In this document: piece after piece, positions 55,016-64,000 of the stretch
Layout of the letters: every line of letters begins with the position of its first letter
Numbering within the stretch: the first letter of the stretch is position 1
Origin: Octopus sinensis
Lineage: Eukaryota
Length of the DNA: 64,000 bases
Direction: 5' to 3'
Assembly: GCF_006345805.1 (NCBI RefSeq)
Contig: NC_043005.1
Span: forward strand, 90,706,001 to 90,770,000
Translations under genes and position numbers: made by a program
Notes under the pieces: generated by a model
The model's input: the letters and a program-made list of their open reading frames with translations, nothing else
The model's database searches: none
Told to the model about the DNA's origin: nothing

Positions 55016-55053
<38 letters not shown>

Positions 55054-55205
55054 GACGGGCTTCTTTCAGTTTCCGTCCACTACCAAATTTACTCACAAGG
55101 CTTTGGTCCTATAGCCCGAGGCTATAGTAGAAGACACTTTCCCAAGATGCCATGGAGTGGGACTGAACCCGGAACCATGTAGATGGGAAGCAAACTTCTT
55201 ACAAC
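54830..55205 (-). mobile_element. SINE family B, diverged
   Basis: Colinear with 10661-11064. Confidence 0.8.
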
Positions 55206-56016
55206 GCCAAGGTTTTTAAATTTTTTTTTAAGGGTGATGGAATAATAGATTTGGTCCAGCGTTAGATTCAGGAAAGTTAGATATAAAGCTGCCCTGGCCC
55301 GACTTTGTCTTTTATTCATGAGAGTTGGATTTATTAAGTACCAAAAGATTATTGGTCGGTCGATCCGTTCGGCTGTTTACTTCTCCCCAATTACTGACTT
55401 TGGGAAATCGATATTATATGCATAATCTCGTGGTCTATTGACGTATTGATCTCACCCATCCATCTATGACAGATAGGTAAATGAACAAAGAAGAAGAAAA
55501 AGAAGAAGAAGAAGAAGAAGAAGAAGAAGAAGAAGAAGAAGAAGAAGAAGAAGACAAACATAAATAATTTAGGGTTTTCGTTTTTTTTTTTAAGACACGC
55601 TATATACTTTATAGATTCAGCGCGTGTAATAACAGAATCTTAAAATAGTTTTTTAATTGATAACTTCAGCAACATAGTGGGCTTGTGTATTGCCCGCCTC
55701 TCTATTCATCTGTCTTATCCTTACCACCAGCTGCTTCCTTTACTAACAGATGTCACGCCTGAGCACTCAACACTCTCATATATATATATATATATAGCTG
55801 ACGGTGAGGCGGTTAAGAAATCTAAAACTACCTTAACTTCAGTCAGTTTAGCGTTGGCAGATGGATATCAGTTAACGACTAGATACATCTGCGACGTTGG
55901 AACATTTATTTATCTACTCATCTTACATGTTTTTAAGATTTACTGCAAAGAATTTGGTGTGTTGAGGGTGTAAAGAGAGTAAAGAGGAAGGTAGCTAATG
56001 CAGACGAATGCATAAT

Positions 56017-56092
<76 letters not shown>

Positions 56093-56129
56093 ACTGAGAT
56101 TTATAGAAATACATAGACATGACAAAATT

Positions 56130-57255
56130 ATTTACGTTTAACAGATTATCAGATGCAAACATTTAAATAGAAAGAAGCAGGAAAGGAGATATATAATAAT
56201 GGGAGAAGGCGGAGCAAAGTAGCGAAAGATGGAGTGGACGATGGACCACATACTCCACAACAAATGGTGTGCTCCGCTGCGCCCCGCGGTAATGACTGCT
56301 ATGGCGCTGTCGCGGATAATGGCCAGCGACACACGCTATAGTAGCCACTCCCCCTCGCAGGGCTCATTCCTTCGACGGGCCGCCGTTATCCCTTTTTAGT
56401 GAAAGAAATCGGTAGTATGGAGTTATAGAACACCTGGGGTCACGACGGTGACCGGCACAAACTGATAGCGGCCGGCCAGGCTAGGCCCCTGTATTTATTG
56501 ATTTTTCTCTCCTCCGCGTTACGGGCTTGCTGTTTTGCGTTACGGGCTTGTGGTCTTGCGTTACGGATCCGGGTTTGCGGTCGATGCTACAAGATCGGAT
56601 CCGGAGAATCTGTCGCTGCACGTCGCATCCCAGACTAGAGATCTGCTTCCCTCGAATCAGAAGAATGTTATTCTCTCGGGACGCTTACCGTCGCCGTGGT
56701 CAAGACCTACTGGCTCAAGTTGAAACGGAAAGTCAGCCGCATCAAAGCCCTTCTGAGCGGCGTGTCGGGGGAATCGACCAGCGCTAAGGTTGCAGATTAA
56801 AGGATGCAGGCCAAAATCGTCTATTACTGCTCCGCAGTAACATTTGTGCAACCCACTCATACAGAAATCGAGGTGTTGGGCCACTCCGTTACAGGTGCAC
56901 TCATCATCTAGAAAGGTACTGGTAGATGAGGAGGGCAACGAATTGAGCCACGTGTTGATATTTGGCTACGAGGCGGAACGGAGGCAGCCAAGGCAGTGTT
57001 GGTCTAGTGATGTCTCTTAGCCGCTCGTGGGTGGACTTGCATCTGATGTCGTCCCAGTTGCGTTGGACATCCGTATTCTGGGGGACGCAAGCCCATCAGC
57101 AGTCCAACTGGCTGATGCTAACTCCAATTCCAGTGCTACATCTTGTTCGGCTATCCCGTGGAGTATATCGCCAATGGCTGATTTCGGATAGTTATAAAAA
57201 CAAGAACTCCGTAAGCCAAAGTCAGTTAGTGAGAACTGAGTCTGGCTGACCGGCT
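56130..57255 (-). mobile_element. 3' part of a CRE-like (restriction-like endonuclease) non-LTR retrotransposon, degenerate
   Basis: VQRNWDDIRCK...LPSSSTSTFLDD...HKCYCGAVIDDFGLHPLIC...GRFPRH...LEPVGLDHGDGKRP...SLVWDATCSD...RYQFVPV...RVSLAII. Confidence 0.75.
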
Positions 57256-57603
57256 GAACGAAACACTGTCTCTAAAGGAAAAAGTACAAAGGAACAACTA
57301 TGAAAACTCACCAACGAAGCAGTTGTTTCGTCCTACCACTCCCACTTTCACTAACTCACTTTCTTTTCTCTGTAACATTACCATATCTCGCTATATATAC
57401 TACTATGAGATCGTGTACACACATACCGACTGAAATTAACGCTTTTTACCTCGCATGCTTTCCCATTTACTAGTTATACATACCAACCCGACGTAGTTTT
57501 GGATATGTACAAAGTAACGGTAAATAAATATCTTTTTACAACTTCAGTCACTGTTCTTTCATCTTTCACATCCTACAACAAGCCGTTGCAATAAATCTTT
57601 GCG

Positions 57604-57704
<101 letters not shown>

Positions 57705-57927
57705 ACATATATATATATTACAAAACAGGAATATGGAAAATGTCTTTGGTATTATTTATTAACCATTACACATGTTTCATTTAATAATAGGAATCACAAA
57801 ATTGTACATGTTGGATGAACATGTACAATTTCTAATTAGAAATTCTTCGCTCAGAGAATCAAATAATATACACTCCTTCAAGAGGACACAGCTTGGATTT
57901 TTTGCCTACCTACATTATGTGTGTGTG

Positions 57928-58029
<102 letters not shown>

Positions 58030-58457
58030 GAGTATGCTGGTGATCGACTTCATGACAATCAATCTTGTGGCCTTTCTCTGGATTTTTTGGGTAGAAATTG
58101 CTAAAACAGTTGAAGAAATATATCTTTGTTTGAAATAATTAAGATTCTAGAATACTCAGACATGCGTATACACTCTCAGACGCATATTCAGAAAGACTCG
58201 AGCAAGAGCGCATATACGCACATACATGCTGAAACATAAATATTGCAACAAAAACCTAAGAAAATATATAATGCAAAAAATATCGTTTTTTTTTTCTTCA
58301 GTGAGAGGATCCATCAAGACTGTGGTCAGTGGAAATTTTTGCGGCGAAGAATAAAGTAAACCCGTAGCTTAACTAGGACTAACCATGAGTTGGCATCTTA
58401 AATCACTCAACGACGACAAAGAAATGTAAGTAACGCGTTTTTTGATAGTTTCTTTAC

Positions 58458-58558
58458 TTGATAATCTTTATTCACTAGAGAAACGTCAGCAATATAATGG
58501 AGTGTTTCAACAAGCGATTCATCTGGTAAATTGACGTATTTCCAGATAATGAGTATTG
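58458..58558 (-). CDS. Candidate exon
   Basis: ttcttgctatag acceptor, CAA|gtaaag donor; reads AILIIWKYVNLPDESLVETLHYIADVSLVNKDYQ. A competing plus-strand candidate overlaps it. Confidence 0.25.
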
Positions 58559-59029
58559 CTATAGCAAGAACCCAACTGCGTGGTACATTGAGTATGTAAG
58601 TATCTAACATGGTCTTAGATTGAGCGTTATCTTGTGAGTGAAATACATACAAAGCAGCCAGGGCTGGATTAAGACCCATAGAGGCCCAAAATGCCCCAAT
58701 ATTTCTTTTGGCGGTGAAAATTCGTTCGTTGCCCTTGACAATAAACGTTCTATTTTCTATTTTATGTCAGTTGCCGTAACAACATTTCTCTTCCAGATGT
58801 AGTTCTGTCACCAATGAAAACGTATTGCTATTGTTGTTGTTGTATAGATCAATACCAAATCTGTCTTCGATCTGACCGTCTATCATTCATAATACGCCCA
58901 CCTTTGAAAATTGGTTTGGTTTTCCAGGAGACGTTAAATATGTTACATAGTCTGTGAGGGTGACCGCGTGCGTATCGTTGGCGATTTTCTTTCTCCGTCT
59001 TCCCTTCCTTGGACTTTACTTTTTTCTAT

Positions 59030-59064
59030 ATTTCTGACGAAGAGCTCTGCTCGAAACGTTAAAT
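59030..59064 (+). ncRNA. Minimal type I hammerhead-ribozyme-like motif (Penelope-type)
   Basis: ATTT-CTGACGA-A-GAGC(TCT)GCTC-GAAA-CGTT-AAAT: core boxes, 4-bp stem II, 4-bp stem I, palindromic ACGT helix III. Confidence 0.6.
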
Positions 59065-59164
59065 CCTTCTTTCTTTCCTTTCTTGAGCGTCCAATAACAC
59101 TATACTTGTTCCACGTCCGCGCGTGTTGTGTTTTCTCTTTGTTCATGTTTAGATTAACTATATA

Positions 59165-60185
59165 TTCGTTTCTCTTTGTGTTCGACGTCCCTTTGGTGTC
59201 CTGTACTCATATATGCGTGTATATGTACATGTAGAGGTAGGTACGTACATATATGTTTATATATATGCATATGTTTTATTTCATTTATTAATATATTATA
59301 TGACTAAACGCACGCACCCTCTTAAGTAAGATTGTTCTGTATATCAAGTTTTTGTCTTGATATTAACTCTCACGCGCACTCTTCACCTTTCTGTCCCATC
59401 CCTATTCTTTGATTTTCTTTTTCCCCCACTTAACTCGTCTCTTCCTCTCTCTCTCATTCTTCACTCTCTCTCTCCCCCTCACCATTCTTCATGGTCTCCT
59501 CGCAGCCATTCCTCTTCTTCTCTCTCTTCCTCTTGCTCCTCCTCCCCCCTTCCCGTCGTCCACCCGCGACGATACTTCCGCCCTGACTGTCTTTTTTGGC
59601 CTGGCTTTCAAGGTAACTGGACAACATTCTTCCTGCTCTCCTGTCGTTCACAAAAAATTCTGCGTTTGCAATACTTTTTTCGTTCGGCGCCAACAGCCCT
59701 TCTTATCTTGTTTTTCCCTGTCCTGTCTTTTACTGTTATATTTTTTTACTGTTTATATTTTTTTACTGTTTATTTTTTTTACTGTTTATATTTTTTGTAC
59801 TGTCGTTACTGTCCTGTTTTTTTTTACCATTTTTTACCCCTCTGCGAAAAGATCTCAGAATTTTAATTGATTTGCTTTTCGCTGGAAGGAAAGTTTCTTG
59901 TCGAAGATACGTCTCGCTTTTATCCTTCGAAACGTAGAGTAGATGAAACCTTAGCGACTGAAGAAGGGGTTTTTTCGTTGTGTTAATTGTCCTGTGCTCC
60001 ATTTTTTGTTGTTTTTAAAAAAATGTCCAGTTCCTTTGGTTTGTGTCTATGTTTTCGTTTCTCTTTGTGTTCGACGTCCCTTTGGTGTCCTGTACTCATA
60101 TATGCGTGTATATGTACATGTAGAGGTAGGTACGTACATATATGTTTATATATATGCATATGTTTTATTTCATTTATTAATATAT
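59165..60185 (+). mobile_element. Element bounded by identical 132-bp direct repeats (Penelope pseudo-LTR-like)
   Basis: 59165-59296 equals 60054-60185 (period 889); no TG..CA ends; CTGAAGA remnant at about 59958. Confidence 0.6.
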
Positions 60186-61415
60186 ATATATATATATATA
60201 TTCTGCTATAAATAGTATTTGGTAGACACGAAGAAACTGTATATATTGTGTCATGTACGTAGAAGCTAAAACACAAGGTGGCCTTAATTAAAACAATATA
60301 GTTTTCAAAGTGATCCAACATAATATACACTCTGTAAATGTGTAGATTCTAACAACAAGCAATTTTTCCAATTGTGTACCCAGTGTATTTCTGTGTTGAC
60401 CCACTTTTCTCAATGCCCTAATCACGTGCTTATTTCGCTTAATGGTTAGTGCAGGGCATAGGGTTGATGGTGCTAGGGGCAATATAAATTTTGGCTCCCT
60501 TATAATTTTTTTTAAATGTTGTGATGGAGAGAAAACTTCAGAAATAAAAAAAGAGAACAGCTCAAGAGCAGCATCAAATCTTCAAACCGTTTCATCAATA
60601 TAACACCGGGTACACAATCGGCAAGCATCTCGGTGTATTTGCAGACAAATACTGAATGGAAGGTGAATGGGTGTAGGGTACTGTCGATCTGTAAATATAG
60701 TCCATCACTGACAAGATCAAGGAAGGTCGAAGTCATATGATCTGGTGGTTCCGGCGCTGGAGGTGACGGGGATTTATCTCCCTGCTGGCAATATAATCAG
60801 GAGTGCATTTTGCACCAAAAGCCAATATCAGAGTTTCTCTCGTGGTATCTACCGCAGTATAGTTTGTTCTAACAGACCATCCATATTTAAGTGGGCATAA
60901 ATATTATCTTTCGTTATTAATACTGTCTCTGTCTCTAATACATATTTTTGAATGAAATTTTCACCTAATAAATTAAATATGACTCACAAGAACACACACG
61001 CCTGGCGGTATACATTATCCTTACCAAAACAGCTTTTTTAGACTTTTAATCAACGAACGTTCCTTCAGAACTTCTGTATCTAACTTATTTTTTAAGACAT
61101 TAGTGCCCATTGACAGAATTGTCAAAGAATTAATTTGTTTTTGTATTTCGAAGAACATAAAGACATGCTGTCGTGCTTCCTGGCATGTCACGCACCAGGT
61201 GACTTCTCGACTTGTCGGTACCTTCAGCCGACACTGGATAAACATTCGACGGACTTCCGCACAATTTCTAGCTTAGAAAATTAACAAACAAGGCATTGGT
61301 CAACCTACGACAATGGTGGAAGACGCCAATCCAAGATGCTATGCAGTTGGATGCTTGACAGTTTTTTAGCCAATTTATTAGATGAGCTCTTTGTTAAACA
61401 TATCTCCGAAACCTA

Positions 61416-61481
<66 letters not shown>

Positions 61482-62180
61482 GTAAAATATGAAAAATCAA
61501 CGAAAGGGACACAGAAAAAACAAGGAGAGAAAAAATGTGTGTAGTGGCTAAAGATCTATCATGTGTGCGTGTGCGTGCGTATGTATGCATGTGTGTGCGT
61601 ATGTATGCATGTGTGTGCGTGTGTATATGTATGTATTTGTGTATGTATGTGTGTTAGTACAACGAAAATGAGGAGTCGAGAGAAATAACTCAGAATGGTC
61701 AGTGAAATGAATGTGCCACGACAAAGACGAAGAAAGTTGTACGAATTACCAAATGAGGTAAATTCTTGATTTATTGTAATACTGAAGTTATCTTTGTTTC
61801 GAGAGAAGGTGGACAAACACCTAGCGATAACTGCAACCGACTCCAAATGAGAAGCGGTTATAGTCTCAAGAAATCAACAATTCACCGGAATATGGAGATA
61901 ACGTGTTTGCAGATAGATTGTGAATAAGTTTACATGTATACTTTCAATAAGCATGCAATTGACCTTGCTTCATAAAGTGAGCTGGTGATAAACCAAATAA
62001 GCTTTACAGGACGATCCAAAGCATAACTTAATTGGTTTCGCTGGTTATTGCTGGTTCATCAGGAGTGTCTACTTCGTTGTTCTACAGAAAACAACCTTAA
62101 CTTACAACTATGGAAGAAAGCTATGTGTAGCTGGCATTGATTTTCATAGAAGTACATTCATTAAGAGATGAGGAATTATG

Positions 62181-62298
62181 TACATTATTTATATTATTTA
62201 CATTCGACGGATATGCCCACGGGCATACGGCGTAGTGGTTAAGAGCGCAGGCTACTAACCCCAAGATTCCGAGTTCAATTCCAAGTAGTGACCTGAAC

Positions 62299-62329
<31 letters not shown>

Positions 62330-62470
62330 TCGAAAAATACCTTAGGAATGAGAACCCAGGTTCGAAATTTCCCCAAGACACATGAAAGAGGCTGGAGGGT
62401 ATATCAGCCGAAACATTGTGCTAACAACAAACAAGGTGTGGACAAATATCCGTCGAATGTAAATAATGTA
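62181..62470 (+). mobile_element. tRNA-headed element with degenerate hammerhead-like motif and 22-bp inverted ends
   Basis: tRNA-like 62221-62293, (AAT)n, GGCTG/CAGCC stem followed by GAAAC at 62381-62420, inverted repeat 62193-62214 / 62446-62467. Confidence 0.7.
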
Positions 62471-63108
62471 TATTCATAAAGACGGTGAACTTGTAGAACC
62501 GTTGGTACATTGGACAAAATGCTTAGCAGCGTCTCTTCGGGGGGCCTTTACGTTCTGAGTTCAAATTTCACCGAGGCCAAATTTGTTTTCAATCCTTTCA
62601 GGATCGATAAAATATGCACCAGTCAAATACTAGATCTGTGTAATTGATTTGCTCCTTCCCTCAAAACTGTTGGCACTGTGCCAAAATTTGTGACATTATA
62701 GTAGTACATTCATCGGCTACGTTTTGACTGTAGTACAGATGTAGCGCGAGTGTGCGGCTAGATTTGAATTACTTTTACATGCGTACGTTAAATAAACACA
62801 TTTAATCCAGCTGTGTTAAGTGATGATCTGTTTAAACAAGACTTGCTCTGCAAAACAAGCACCAGGACTCGTACGCATGTAAACATATTTACAGTTTATC
62901 CAGATGTGTGTTCTTTGGGCGGGTGTGGCCTTTGTGTTTGTCTCACACAGCTTGACAGCCAGTGTTGGTTTGTTTACGCCCCATAACTTAACGGTTTGGC
63001 AAGAAGAGTCCGATAGAAAAAGTACGACTTAAAAAATAAGTATTGCGGTCGATTTCATCGATTCATCGACTAAACACCTCAAAGCAGTAAAAGCAAGTAA
63101 AAGAATAG

Positions 63109-63178
<70 letters not shown>

Positions 63179-63360
63179 AAGTGTTATAATTTCGATTAAG
63201 CATGGCGATACTAATAACCTGGTGTTATACACATGCTTCAGAACGAAGCGTTAGTCGAGTACAGAGCAGTAATAAGAAATTAGAATGACAAAGGAATAAG
63301 AAATTATATCATGAACTTCATTGGCTTACATCTGTTTCTGCTATAAGATGTAATGCACGA

Positions 63361-63772
63361 GGCGGCGAGCTGGCAGAAACGTTAGCACGCCGGGCGAAAT
63401 GCGTAGCCGTATTTCGGCTGCCGCTACGTTCTGAGTTCAAATTCCGCCGGGGTCGACTTTGCCTTTCATCCTTTCGGGGGTCGATTAAATAAGTACCAGT
63501 TACGCACTGGGGTCGATGTAATCGACATAATCCGTTTGTCTGTCCTTGTTTGTCCCCTTTGTGTTTAGCCCCTTGTGGGTAGTAAAGAAATAGGTATTTC
63601 GTCTGCCGCTACGTTCTGAGTTCAAATTCCGCCGAGGTCGACTTTGCTTTTCATCCTTTTGGGGTCGATAAAGTACCAGTTACGCACTGGGGTCGATGTA
63701 ATCGACTTAATCCCTTTGTCTGTCTTTGTTTGTCCCCTCTGTGTTTAGCCCCTTGTGGCCAATAAAGAAATA
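63361..63772 (+). mobile_element. SINE family A dimer with 17-bp TSD
   Basis: TATAAGATGTAATGCAC on both sides; two bodies. Confidence 0.92.
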
Positions 63773-64000
63773 TATAAGATGTAATGCACTCATTGTTGAA
63801 TGCTTGTGTACCACCCCATAGCTTCGTCGGAGCTTCAAACATGAAGAGCAATTTTATCTAGGGAAACATTTGCATTTATATATATCATACACAAAAAAGC
63901 ATTACCGTGGACAAAGCATAATCGTATGTATGAAACGGAACTTTTATTCTACTCTTGGGAAGAGCTTCTCCTCATTAAACCCCTGAATTAATTTCCTACA

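Noticed and set aside
58546-62120. Plus-strand exon candidates (58546-58595 NEYCYSKNPTAWYIEY; ~61709-61771 MVSEMNVPRQRRRKLYELPNE; others)
   Set aside because: The donors are good, but I found no consistent chain or recognisable product, and one overlaps a minus-strand candidate. GTAAG motifs arise by chance in AT-rich DNA. Unresolved without RNA data.
62221-62293. tRNA-like sequences here and at 16797-16866, 23103-23175 and the family B heads
   Set aside because: Acceptor stems and anticodon loops are non-canonical and each is embedded in a repeat; these are SINE heads, not tRNA genes.

Overview
AT-rich, microsatellite-laden animal genomic DNA. The SINE families and repeat make-up point to a cephalopod, probably an octopus (inference). 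It is mostly transposon-derived, with no rRNA, functional tRNA or CRISPR. Main content: (1) a nearly intact 4.2-kb R4/Dong-clade non-LTR retrotransposon (RT + CCHC + restriction-like endonuclease) plus two truncated relatives, all co-oriented at (TAA)n arrays; (2) a 5'-truncated Tx1-like LINE embedded in (GATA)n with a perfect 99-bp fold-back; (3) RTE, CRE-like, CR1-like, Gypsy and mariner remnants; (4) four non-autonomous Helitrons, several MITEs and more than 25 tRNA-derived SINE copies; (5) Penelope-type pieces with minimal hammerhead-like motifs, including a tRNA-headed element that looks like a Penelope-mobilised SINE. One convincing minus-strand coding exon (36139-36469) and weaker candidates suggest a large intron-rich host gene that I cannot name. 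All alignments and translations were done by eye; no database searches were run.
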